Below, one piece after another: positions 23,875 to 36,620 of a stretch of 64,000 bases of DNA (its first letter is position 1; each line of letters begins with the position of its first letter). Location: contig NC_043004.1 in NCBI RefSeq assembly GCF_006345805.1, forward strand, positions 34,906,001 to 34,970,000. The letters are read 5' to 3'. A program made the position numbers and the translations under genes. This DNA comes from Octopus sinensis. Taxonomy: Eukaryota. Under the pieces are notes generated by a model that did no database searches, had not been told where the DNA came from, and was given only the letters and a program-made list of their open reading frames with translations.

Positions 23875-24250
23875 GGCCACTTGTGTAACTGAGAATGTTA
23901 AACCTTTACGTCCTTAATGCAAATGTTGTGCATTGGACTTGCTCAGTTTGATAAAGTTTTCTACAATGTGGAAACATTGTGTTGCTCCACTTTGAACTTC
24001 AGCAACGCTTTCAATATCTTTGATCAGAGAAAAAAAAATTAACTGGTAAATGCATATTCATGGCAATGTTTTGCAGTTGTATAGAAACGATTTGCTCTGC
24101 ATGTGTTGTAAATGGGAAAGTCCTTCATATCAGTCCGACTATATTTGGTTCGTTTGATCTGTTGGAACCATGAAAAATGTAGATTTCCCAATTGTTATTT
24201 TGATCTACATAAACATCTAAATCTTCCTCTGTAGATGATATTTTAGTGTT
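23875..24250 (-). mobile_element. degenerate CR1/L2-type LINE RT C-terminal region
   Basis: Minus translation EEDLDVYVDQNNNW...VGLI*RTF...LIKDIESV.EVQSGAT resembles EKDLGV.VD..L.W...GLIRRTF...KDIE.LE.VQRRAT. Confidence 0.55.
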
Positions 24251-24764
24251 TTTCACTTTCGAAGGTGTTAATTAAAGTTTGATCAGATACTGCTGGTGAG
24301 TTTACCGTTAATCTATAATCGTGGTTCTTTACAAGTAGGTAAGAATTAATGGAGAGATGTAGCTGAGCCTATCGCTCTGTTAGATCACAAAATACTACCC
24401 AAGTGGTCAGTGAGGTTTGCATATTTCTAAGCAGGTTGCTGGAGCATGGCTGTAAACCTTTGAAGGCTTTTGATACCAATAAAGAAATTAATGTTTAAGG
24501 AAATTCAAACACTTTGCTCTATATCTATGCACATGTATAGGCACAGACATGGTGGCTGTGTGGTCAAGAAGTTTGCTTTGTAACCATGTGGCTTTGGGTT
24601 CAGTCCTAAAACACACTCACAGACATGTGTGTATATGCATATGAGTTTGTGAGTGTGTGCACAGGAATCATCATCGTTGTCATTTTACATTCATGTTCTA
24701 TATATGGTAAATGGTAAATGCATAAAAGAAATTGGGAGTTTTTCTCTTTCTCTGTCCATAAAGC

Positions 24765-24940
24765 ACATTTGTGCCGGTGGCATGTAAAAAGCACCCACTA
24801 CACTCACGGAGTGGTTGGCATTAGGAAGGGCATCCAGCTGTAGAAACACTGCTAGATCAGACTGGAGCCTGGTGCAGCCTCCTGGCTTCCCAGAACCATC
24901 CAACCCATGCTAGCACGGAAAACGGACGTTAAACGATAAC

Positions 24941-24977
<37 letters not shown>
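24765..24977 (+). mobile_element. RTE 3'UTR end with (GAT)n tail
   Basis: gcacatttgtgccggtggc...gcacggaaaacggacgttaaacgat(gat)n. Confidence 0.88.
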
Positions 24978-25324
24978 TCAATGTTTTGCAGTTGTATAGA
25001 AACGATTTGCTCTGCATGTGTTGTAAATGGGAAAGTCCTTCATGTCAGTCTGACTATATTTGGTTCGTTGGATCTGTTGGAACCATGAAAAATGTAGAAT
25101 TCCCAATTGTTATTTATTATTCATGTTCCATATATGGGCATGGGTTGGATGGGTTGACAGGAGCTGCCTACCTTGGCAGGGTCTCTTCAATGGGATGCTC
25201 TTCTGAATGTCAATATATATTCATCTGTATTGACCACATAACACGTCATAAGAGAAATGGTGCTGAGCTTGATATTTCTTGTTGACATTGTAATCAGTCA
25301 TGCTCTGCTTCCAAAGATCTGTGT

Positions 25325-25688
25325 TTGCTTCCCAACCACATGATTCCAGGTTCACTCCCACTGCATGGCACCTTGCGCAAGCATCTTCTATAGCCTTGGG
25401 CCAACCAAAGTCTTCTGATTAGATATGGTGGACAGAAACTGAAAGAAACCCATCTTATATATAAAGGTGTGTGTGTGTTTGTACTCCAGCACCACTTGAC
25501 AACCGGTGTTGGTGTGTTTATGTCCCTGTTACACAGTAGTTCAATAAAAGAGTCAGACAGAATATGAACTAGGCTTAAAAAGTAAGCACAGGGGCCGATT
25601 CTTCTGACTAAAATTCTTGAAGGCAGTGCCCCAGCAGGGTCATGGTCTAATGACTGAAGCAAGTAAAAGAATAAAAGATTAAAAGAAT
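25325..25688 (+). mobile_element. tRNA-derived SINE (dominant family), diverged
   Basis: Matches the body and tail of 14371-14800. Confidence 0.8.
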
Positions 25689-26279
25689 GTTTCGTTTTGG
25701 GATTTGGTTTGCAAGATTCTTTATATGAGTTCGTGTGTTGAAGCATATTCTGTTGTGTCTGGGGAGAGTCATTTTCTTTTTGTGCCTTATAATGTAACAC
25801 ACTCACCGGTAAAATTTCCACTTTTTTCTTATTTTTATTGTCCTAAAATTTTCGTTGTGTCCTGTTTAAACTTGTTTTACCGAAACAATTTAAGTTAGAT
25901 GATATTTTACAAATTTGTATTTTTACAAATTAATATTACAACTGTTATAAACTACTTGCCATGTAATAGCAGTTATGTATATGAAGATATTAATTGTCCT
26001 GTAACTAACATCACATGAGTCCATCCTCGATAACTTTCAACATGAGGGCTGTTGGATTTTTCTTTAATTTGTTAAAGAATGGCCTGTTATTCAAGTACAG
26101 TATAGGGACTTGAACCACAACTGCCAGATATTCAGTTAGAGAGAGAGCCACCACAGTTTCTCGTGATTGGTCTATAAATCAATCAATCTGTTCGAGGCTG
26201 TGGTGTGATATGGCTTCTTGGATGGGATAAAATTTGTACCAGCTTTTCAACCTATAGAACCTGTTTGTACTTTACTCAG

Positions 26280-26470
26280 CAAAACGGTCTCGGGGTATTT
26301 GAGCAGATAGCCTTGCGCATTCATGCAGACCATGTTGGACACCCATGGAAAGTAGATCGCTAAGACCAGACCACCTCAGACACTTGGATAGACCACATCG
26401 AGCAAGAAATGACTTCAGACACTCACACACTTCTACAGATACAGCGAGGTACTCTCCTCCCATTTGGCAG
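26280..26470 (+). mobile_element. LINE ORF2 3'-end remnant
   Basis: Frameshifted RPPQT/WIDHIEQEMTSDTHTLLQI resembles the GRP..TW.D.I..D terminal motif. Confidence 0.35.
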
Positions 26471-28051
26471 TTATGTTATCAGTATCTTTCTTTTGTAAAC
26501 AGCCAACACAGTAAATCACATCCCGCAATAACGCTAAATGCTCACGAGTTGCTTCATTTATTCTTCACACATCCAGCTGGACAATACAGTGATGGTCATC
26601 GAGACTAAACACATCCTACTTCACCACAACATAGGTGTACAAGCAGCCACAGGTCATTGGTCACTTTGTATTTTCATGAAAACAGCTGAGAGAAACTGGA
26701 AAAATCTTTTATAAACTGTGATTTCAGAGAGTTCTTCAACTGAATATGGTCTCAGTCAAATCAGTTTTATGTGGAGATGCATTGGAGTTTAGTGATGGTA
26801 GCAGCAGTTTGTTTATATTATTTTTGATTTCTCTTGAGGCAGGTTTTGGCTGGTTCTCAGTGTTTTGAGAAGATTAATTGGCATCATGAGAGTTTGAGCA
26901 ACAATTACTACTTAAATAGAAGTCAGTTCTATTTTCGCAAAGATGCTTGCTGCCAAAGTGGTTTTCTTGTAAAATAGATTAAGTTTGGGTGAACTTTGTC
27001 TCAGTACTGCTTTAGCCATTTCCTACAGCTGATAGAAGGGTCATGTTGGGGTATTTTCATAGAAGAGAAGTAGATCTTGATTTCATTGCAAAGACCAAGT
27101 GGTGTAAGAATGAATGTATATATGGGTGCATGTATGTATACCAAGGCTAATGGTAAGAGAGATTCCTTGTGTGTGTCATGGTGAAATGCATTTTGGTCAC
27201 AGTTGTTTGTAGAAGATGCAGTATGATGACACCAAATCTAAAACCACATTCTTATGAACCAAAATTTCTAACCACACCACCAAGACGCTTTAAATAATTA
27301 ATTCAAAACTTTTAAACTATCATATACATTATAGATTTATACTTATACAAATTTACGTATATTTTTTTATACATATTTATATTTATTTATATATTTTAAT
27401 ACAATAATTTTTCACACGTGTATATATTTCTGAGGAGTTTTGATATTGATTATTAAAAAATATATACTCATACATAATTTGCATTTTTGTATCTATTTTT
27501 GATGCCGGTTGGAGAGAAATTGCTTTGGTAAACCAAGAACTTTTCTCGCTTGTAGTTACAAAGGTTTTGGATTTGAATGTCTTTTCTACCCAATCATGAA
27601 ATATACTTGTATCTTACCGTTTTCTTCATTTTCACTGTCAAGCACATACACTAAAATATGTAAGCTTAAATCTGTGGCAATAATTGTAATGTTTAAACTA
27701 CAAACAGGTGTTTATGAATTAATTATCTTCATTTGGCAGCTTTTATGTCTCCCTGAAACCAGAAATCAATCCAAAGAATATATCAACAAATGTTTATAGC
27801 TTGGCCTAGTTCTACAAACCACAGTATTGGCACAATCACACAAACATATAAGAAATGAACAGCTTCTTATAGATACGTTTGATAAAGATACATTCAGTGT
27901 TGCTGTACAAATAAACCCTATATTTAAACACAGAAGTGTATAAATGTTAGAGGAAAGACATTAATAAATTAATTTCAGGCATTCGCTCCTTTCAGTATTC
28001 TTCCATAAATAAGGCTCAGTTGATACATAAGAATTATGCAAATATTCTATA

Positions 28052-28461
28052 CTCTTTTACTCTTTTATTTGTTTCAGTCATTTGACTGTGGCCATACTGG
28101 AGCAACGCCTTTAGTCGAGCAAATCAACCCCAGGACTTATTCTTTGTAAGCCTAGTACTTATTCTATCGGTCTCTTTTGCCAAACCGCTAAGTTACGGGG
28201 ACGTAAACACAGACACAAGCGATGTTGGGGTCACAAACACAGACACACAAACATATACACATACATACATACATATATATATATACATACATATATACGA
28301 CGGGCTTCTTTCAGTTTCCATCTACCAAATCCACTCACAAGGCTTTGGTCGGTCAGAGGTTATAGTAGAAGACACTTGCCCAAGGTGCTACGCAGTGGGA
28401 CTGAACCTGGAACCATGTAGTTGGTAAGCAAGCTACTTACCACACAGTCACTCCTATGCCC
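28052..28461 (-). mobile_element. full-length tRNA-derived SINE flanked by a 100-bp direct duplication
   Basis: Same family as 8262. Flanks 27952-28051 and 28465-28564 are about 93% identical. Confidence 0.92.
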
Positions 28462-29052
28462 AGTGGAAAGACATTAATAAATTAATTTTAGGCATTGACT
28501 CTTTTCAGTATTCTTCCATAAATAAGGCTCAGTGAAGACATAAGAATTATGCAAATATTCTATATTGTAAAATAATCACCAAACTACATTCTCTGAAACT
28601 GTATTTCAATTTTCCTACTTTTTCCTGTATTCATTACGTTACTTATCATTATAGACTCTTACTAAACTATTAATACATATTAGTTTTCAAATGATGAAGA
28701 CAAATTCAGTGCCAGATTTCTATAATCCATGAAATAGATTTCAGCAGATACAGATTCCACATGTAAACACAAAGTTCCTCATTTTCAGAGAAGCAAATAT
28801 CAACCAAAGAACCGTCAATATTTGATTCATTTATTCTTTTATTTCTTTTGGTCAGTGGATTGCACTTGCCCATGCTGGAGCAAACATTTAGTTGAACAAT
28901 TTGACACCTGTACTTTTCTATTAAGTCTAGCACTTATTCCATTTGTCTGTGGTACTGAACTGGTAAATTAGGGATGCAAGCAAACCAATACTGGTTGTCA
29001 AGCAGTGGGCGGGGTAAGTACAAAGACACAGGTTGGTAAGTCTTCAGGCAGT

Positions 29053-29640
29053 TTACTGTGCTTGAGATCTGTGTGTCAAAACGAAGTCTTGGCCCCTTGT
29101 TATCTCCTTTGTGAGACCCAAAGTGTGAAGGTCCTTTCCCACTACTTCAATCCACTTCTCCTTCGGTATACCCTTTCCACATGCTCTCTCCACAATTAAA
29201 GATTGGCACCTCTTAACACAGCTGTCCTCAACCATACACATCACCTCACTACACCAGCAGAGTCTTTTCTCTTGCACGGCACGTCCGTGTTGGTGGCACG
29301 TAAAAACCATCAACTGATCGTGGCCATTGACAGCCTCCCCTGGTGACTGTGCCAGTGGAATGTAAAAAGCACCATCCATACATGGTCGATGCCAGTGGCA
29401 TGTAAAAAGCATCAACCGATCATGACCGCTGCCAGCCTCTCCTGGCACTTGTGCCGGTGGCACATTTAAAGCACCCACAACACTCACGGAGTGGTTGGTG
29501 TTAGGAAGGGCATCCAGCTGTAGAAACACTGCCAGATCAGACTGGAGCCTGGTGCAGCCTCCTGGCTTCCCAGACCCCAGTCGAACCGTCCAACCCATGC
29601 TAGCATGGAAAACGGACGTTAAATGATGATGATGATGATC
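29053..29640. mobile_element. RTE element with inverted ORF2 segment (-) joined to forward 3'UTR and (GAT)n tail (+)
   Basis: 29053-29275 (-) gives QEKRLCW...MVEDSCVKRC...KDLHTLGLT; 29280-29640 (+) is the 3'UTR subrepeat array and tail. Confidence 0.8.
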
Positions 29641-29985
29641 TGCCTCAGTAAAGCTGGACTCAAGAGTCATCTTCGTAGACATAAAGCAAGACCGATGGCT
29701 GACTACCAGGCCACTGGTGGTGGTGTTACACACTATACTAATCATATCTGTCAGGCATGTGGAAGGGTGTGTGATTCGGAGGGAGGACTTAAACGATGCG
29801 CAAAGGTACATGAAGCCCAATTACAATTACAGCCGGCTATTGCCAGTAAATGTTTCAGCGACCAATTCTGTCCAAGACATTGTAGATCTTTAGCGGGGCT
29901 AAAAAGTCACATTCGATAACAGCACCAATAACAGTTAAGCCTCGTGCAATGGCCATACTTGATAACGAGGGTAAAGCCAAAACAT
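29638..29985 (+). mobile_element. LINE C-terminal zinc-finger fragment (C2H2-like) with short 3'UTR
   Basis: ICLSKAGLKSHLRRH, ICQACGRVCDSEGGLKRCAKVH and FCPRHCRSLAGLKSHIR-stop: C..SxAGLxSH repeats typical of RTE/BovB-like ORF2 ends. Confidence 0.6.
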
Positions 29986-32900
29986 GTCTGTATGTATGTA
30001 TGCAAGTTTGCATGTGTGAATGTGTGTATGTATGTATGCATGCATGCATGTATGTTTGCATGTATGTATGTGTGTATGTGCTACATCTATGTTATGTACA
30101 TGTGTGAATATTTACAGTCTTGTAATTGCCTGAACAAAACGGTGGGATTATGTTTATAATCCTTGTTAAGAATATGTCCTGTCACTTTCAAAGACCAGTG
30201 TAACAAATACATTTCTTATGTGGAGAGAAAGAAGGTTTGACACCATGAAGGGTATCAAGCTGAAAAATACTGCCTCAGATAAGTCCCCATCTAACCCCTG
30301 CTGCCATTAAAAAGTGTAAATGAAAGAGAGCAGGGATGCTGGTAGGTGATATAAAATTTAGGTCAGTCTTAAGTTAATAATTCTCTGTTTTGGCATATGC
30401 TGCTCATAACATGGTTTTTAAACCAAATTAAAGTGAATGAATACTAACAGCAACAGAACATATTTTGAAGAAAATATTTTAAGTGACATGAACGCAAATC
30501 ATAAATATGACTTGTAATAAATTGTTTTTAATGGACTTTTAATGTCAAGTTGTGCAGTAAACCTATATTACCATCATTAACTGGCATTGAATGCTTTCTA
30601 AAGGTAAAAGAAAATATAAATATTGCATGAAATGACTAGTCATAAAATTGAAGAATGTGTCGCTTCTTATAATGTGTGGTAGACTGAAGGAAAGCAGAGA
30701 GAGAGGGGAGGAGAAGAAAAGGGTGGAGGATGGGAATAATATTAGACAACACAAATAAATATGAACTATTTGTAAATTACAAAATAGGATTGACTATTTT
30801 TGATGTATTTAATTTTTATTGAACATTAAAAAAAATTTAAGAATGAAAATACATAATTGTATGACAGAAAAATCTAAAGAATTTTCACCAAAAAAATAAA
30901 AAAGCAAAAATGGTTTCCTAAGAACAAGGAATTCTAATGCTGAGACATAAGTATTGTAATCTTTTGTAACATTTTCAGAAATTGAATTTCTGATGGATAT
31001 TCTTTTTGAAGCTTTTGTAATATTGGTTAGTTACCAAGTCAAGTTAACTCTAAAAGAGGAAATTATTTGCAACATAAATTTCAGAAGAAACCATTTTATA
31101 TTCTGTTATTTTTATAATTACATGGTTTTAATTTGTTTTTGTTTTTTTCTTTTCTTTTTAATGACTGAGTCAGCGAATGAAAGGAAGCAATCACAGTTGT
31201 TTTAGAGTCGTGAAGACTAGGAATTTAACCTCTAACCAGGCATTTTTTCTGAATCCCTACAAAGGACTGAACTCTATCAAAGATTCTCAAGGGCAGGTGG
31301 TGGTAGTAGAAGTAGTGGTGGTGGTGGTGGTGTTAAAGTGCCCCATGGATTAAGTCTTCTATCAAAGTAGGCCATGTTGATATTCGAACACAAAATGCAA
31401 AGAACCAGAACAGATACTGCAAGATGTATTTTCCACTGTTTTTACGGTTCTGGTAACCTGTTCTCTTGGATTGGTACATTTTTATCCACCCCAAAAGGAT
31501 GAACCATAAAGCTGACCTTGGTGGAATTTGAAGTCAAACCACAGAAAGTAACCATGTACGGACTCCGTCTTTGACAAACTGCTCTTCTACAAGACTGTAA
31601 AAGATACACACTACCATCACAGGCTCTCTTAGATTTCTATTGTTAAACATACTGAATAGGGATCAACAAATTTGTACATTAGACAGGAAAATATTGTCTT
31701 TGGAAATTCTAAATTAACCCTTAAAGGAATTAAAGAAAATATCTGTTTATCCGAGCCCTAATACCCTTCCAAAGTTGTTAAAACATTGTAGAGTTTGAAA
31801 TTGAGATAACAATTGTGTTTTTTTAAATTAAAAATATTTATTTTCAGTAAAATCCATAAGTTTGAAAACTCAGAGGTTTTAAGATGTTTATCTAAAGTCA
31901 GTAAACTCAATAAAAAGATAAAGTTCTCAGAGTAGAATTTGGTAATTTGTAGTCGGAAACAAGAGAAATGTTACAATTCAGACATCCAAGACACGTTGAA
32001 AGACCTTCAACTGCAATGATAAATCTTTCTTCTTCATCACTACACACCAGCTTCTCAACCATACAAATTTACCTATTACCAGTTCTATTCACTTCCCTGT
32101 GGTGGTGGTGGCAGTGGTACATCAGTAGGACTAGAAAAAGCAATAGTTCCAACAAACTAAAGAACTAGAAAAACCATCCCATAGAAACACAGTATCAACA
32201 GAGATTATTTCATTTAAAAAAACACATCTCAATTATTGTAATTATGGTTTTTCCAAAATAACCAAGGGTTTGTAACTAAACAGTTAACTATCTTTAAATA
32301 TATCATTACAAATATCAAATTACCATAATTAACTCCATCTTATAGCATAGTACGTTTCATTTGTAACACTACTTATTTTTACTTTAAATATTTATCATTT
32401 ATCTGATAACCTATAATTTTGACTGATCATAATGATTTTTTATTTGATACGAAATATAACCCCAATAGATTTTGCTGAATCTTTTCCATTGCTTCTTCCA
32501 GAAGAAATCTGAGGTCCAAAATCTTTCAAATGCTTTATTATTGAAGACATTACGAAATGATTGTAAAATATTGATTTATTAATAACATTCTTTAGGGTTG
32601 TTATCTATATTTTTTTGTCATAATTTGGATGTTATGCTTGCGAAGGGAAATAACCTAGTTTTGACTTTGCTGTTGATATCTAATGCAGTCAGCCAAACAG
32701 AAAATAAACCAGCGAGGAGAAAGCAAAATAACAGAAGTTATTGAAGAAGTTGACCTTTCAATCGCGCATGGATTTGTCTTCAACTATTAGAAGACAATGT
32801 CTATATTGCAAGACTGCTTAGTCACCATTGTTGTAGGGTTGTGATGTCAGATGTATATGGTGTTGTTGACCATTGGCATATGTTCCAGCTGTGTGCATAA

Positions 32901-33061
32901 TAAATTAAGCAACCTCATGAACTTTGAACTTTCAACATGTATATTGCAGGACGTGATTTAACTGCATCAGCTGTTTGCAAAAGAAAGATGCTGATAATAG
33001 AACTATGAAATGGGAAGAGACAACCATGCAGTTTCTTGTAGGAGGCCAACTGTGGTACATC

Positions 33062-33185
33062 GAGTGTGAGTGTCTGAAGTAACCGCTTGCTCGAGTGTGA
33101 GCGTCTGTGGTAACCTCTTGCTTGAGTGTGAGTGTCTGAGGTAACCTCGTGCTCAAGTGTGAGTGTCTGAGGTAACCTCTTGCTC
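33062..33185 (+). repeat. minisatellite, 4 x 31 bp
   Basis: Unit GAGTGTGAGTGTCTGAGGTAACCTCTTGCTC starts at 33062, 33093, 33124 and 33155. Confidence 0.95.
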
Positions 33186-35645
33186 AAAGTGGTCTGTCCA
33201 AGAGTCCATGATGGTCTGGTCTTATGAGTACCCAAGTTAATCTACGTGAATGCCTGAGGCCACCTGGCTGAGCTGGGTGCCAAATGGTTGTTATTAGTAA
33301 TAAAGAGAACAAACCACAGATCATCTAAGGAGTCACATTGTGCCACAGCCTCATGCTTATTGGTCAATTTATATATCAATCAAGTGAAACTGTGCCAGCC
33401 CCCTCGTAATCCCCAACTGAATATCTGGCTTAAGACTAGTTTGTAAATGCCATAGCAAAGACTTCTACCACCATACTGTTAATTTAGCTTATATTGTTTG
33501 CAGTCATCTGTGAAGGTTTTTGTGATGAATAGATGTGAAGTATGTCTTTCAAGAACTTGGGATCAATATATATATATATAAATATATCATTATTATTACA
33601 CCTGGCAGCATGTATAACTTTGGTAAGAACAAACCAAGATGCAAACAAACCCAATCCTACAAGATTATTTAATTTGAAGAAAGAAATGTACGTTGCAAAA
33701 ACCATGAAGTGGCTGCATTGCCAAAAGAGATAAAGAAACTTAAAACCAAGGAATTTAGACAGCAGCTGTATATAACAACGAGTTCAACTTTAGAACTAAT
33801 TAATTCTATTAAGAATTCCTCGTTTTCATATTTCAATTTTAACATGATTGTTTTCGTACAATCTGTAAAAGAGAATAAATTACAGAATTGCAGTTCTGAG
33901 TTGATTGACTTTCATTTTATATCTTGTTATAATTAATATTTTATATGCAAAAGAGATGCATTCACATTTTCAATGTATCTAATGAGGAAACATCAACAGA
34001 TTCAGCATAAAGACTAAATCTATTTGAACAAATTCTGAATATAACAAGTTTCAAGATATAAATATTTGGTCAATAAGTACCAGAATACATGGAAACTGGT
34101 ATAAAGATATTGGGCCCAAACTGACAGCCTGGCTATCTTATAATTGTAGAAATGGAGAGCTAACTCTGTGGCTTGTGGTTCTACATTCTACTTAGTCATT
34201 TAAGTATGGTGTAGACAAGCTAATCAGATTTATTCAACCTCCAATGCCTGTGTTACAATGCCTTAAACTATGGTTAATCTCTTCCCCTAATCCACCTACT
34301 TCAGAATCTATAAACCCCTTCCTTAATTTGGTCCCTCCCACACACAATTTGTAAGCTATCAGCTTCAATAACCAATCTTTCTTCTCAAAGAGTCAATAAT
34401 TCGGCAAAAGAATAAGAATGATTATTGATAAATTGTCAACTAGAGATAGAGAAGAAACATTAGGAGTGACAGTGAATTGTAGAGTAGCAATGAAGAGCGC
34501 TATCTTTGTTTGATCATATAAAGAAACAAGTCTTTTATGTACCACAAACTTCTTATCTCTTTACAAATACATTCTATTACTGACTGACAGTTGTCTCTAT
34601 CTGTCTATTAATACCTGTAAATTTAGTTAATCTTAATTACATTTCTAACATCAGATCAATCATCTGATATCTTTTAGAAATATGTTCAGATGAGGTTTCC
34701 TCTAAACTGTCCAAGTGTCATCAGAAATATAATATTGAAACAGATGTCCATGCATCATTTTTCTCTGATTAAAGAAATGTTGAGGAAAATCTTTGCCATC
34801 CTTTCTTTAATCATTTCTTCATCAGAACATGAAATATTATCGTTGCAACATGATAAATCTATATTTTGATAAAGTGAAAATAACTGATAATGTATCTAGA
34901 CTAGTTTCTTATATGTCTGAAATATATTAGCTGTTACTATCTAAAATATAGTTCCAGTCATGGTTCTGGATCAATAAGAATTATCCATTGCTAGTTATAA
35001 AGCTAGTGGAATAAATTTACAAATTAATTCTATTTAGGAGGTTAAATGGCTAACATTACTCAATGTGTAACAACAATATATATTCTTATCATTAAGTCAT
35101 AAGGCTAAGGTATTTAGTAAGGTTATTTAACAGGAGTAGAAAAGTTTATTAAGCAGAATTAAGTGTAACTTGGTGTCTTCACTATATTTTCCTTGACTAA
35201 AATATTTCACAATGTATCAGAGTAAAGATGTTGTACCATTATTTCCTAAGAAATAAGTAGATAGAAGAAGCAAGATATTCTTAGCTAGAACCATGGAATG
35301 GTAGAATAATATGAAAAAAAGACAGGTAGCATGTTTTAAAAATTTAAACTTAAAGTCTGGAATGTTTATAAAGGATTTCTCCCATAACATGCACAATAGA
35401 AAAGAATGTGTACACCTTACTGCTTCTGTTTATTCCATTTAAATGAATTCAACAAAATCCATTTTTTCTTCCCTTTACCTTCATTCAATTTCCAAAACAG
35501 TTTTGTAATCAATATATTGTCCAATACTTCTTAATCATAATTCTAACAAGGATTCCTTTCCAATACATTGAACTAACCATACCGAATTATTTTCTTTTCT
35601 CAGTGTTAAAATACCATGTGTGTGCATATATATATATATATATAT

Positions 35646-36480
35646 GGAAACAAAGTCGAGGTAGAAAATGCTAAAATAATTTTATAAAAAAACATTTCAG
35701 TACCGGTTTCAGTCATTGAGACTTTTTCAACTCTAAGTATTAAATTTTGGAAAAATTAAAAGAAAAGTTTTTAAAAGAATATTTGCATAGTATTCAAATA
35801 CAAGGGGCAATTTCCTTGTTTCTGCCTGTCTCTGTCTCTCTTGTTTACTCTTATGAGTTCGAGGTCATTGTGAATTCTTGGCAGGGAAGAAGAAGAAGGA
35901 GGCAGAGAATAATGTGGGAGTGCCATGATAGTAGTAGGATGGTAAATGGTCAAGTGCCATGAAAGTGACTTGTTGTGGATGGTAATAGTGATTGAATTCT
36001 TGAGACATCTCTTTTGAATGCATTGTTTATAAAGTTTGTGTTGGTGTCTAAACTGCAATAGTGGTAAAGTTAGGAAAGAGGTGGTGGAGAGGAAGAAGAT
36101 GAAGGAGAAAGAGAAGGGAGAATAAGAGAGGAATGTACGTGGTATGATAGTAATAGGGTGTTAAATGGTCAAGTGGCCTAAAAGTGTCTCGTTATGGATT
36201 ATAGCAGTGATTGGAACTTTTTTTTTATGAATTCTTGGGAATCTCTTGTGTGTATCATTTTTAATATTTGTGTGTGTGTTTGTATTATTCTAAGGCCATG
36301 GTAGATATGTTGTTTGTCGTAGACGCGTTAAGAAGGGGCCTGTATTTTGTAATAAAGAGAGTCTCTTTACTAATTCGTTGGCTACAGGTTGTATCATCCC
36401 TGAATTGGTAGAGTGGAAAAATTCTGAAGCTTGGACTTTTATTATTGGTGCAAATGTCAATGTGTTGGCTGAATGCTATT
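35646..36480 (-). mobile_element. Penelope-like element 3' remnant (GIY-YIG C-terminus, duplicated 3' segment, HHR-like motif)
   Basis: Minus translation NRKIAFSQHIDICTNNKSPSFRIF resembles PLE endonuclease ends. A ~219-bp-period duplication lies at 35925/36144 and an HHR-like motif at 35698-35733, ending at (TA)n. Confidence 0.5.
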
Positions 36481-36502
36481 TTTCTGTTTTAGGGAATTTT
36501 TA

Positions 36503-36564
36503 TCATAGTGGTTAAGTGCGCAGGCTACCAACCTCAAGATTCCGAGTTCAATTCCAAGCAGTGA

Positions 36565-36620
<56 letters not shown>

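Noticed and set aside
27430-27480. CTGAGGA...ACTC motif resembling a hammerhead
   Set aside because: No GAAA box and no usable stems.
32700-33060. Faint resemblance to a mariner HTH segment (ITEVIEEVDLSIAHG)
   Set aside because: Too short, with no other transposase motifs or TIR.
33062-33185. 31-bp repeats as a CRISPR array
   Set aside because: The units are contiguous with no spacers, the context is eukaryotic, and there are no cas genes.
36503-36570. tRNA gene (and other tRNA-like SINE heads)
   Set aside because: No complete cloverleaf or acceptor stem; each is embedded in a dispersed repeat.
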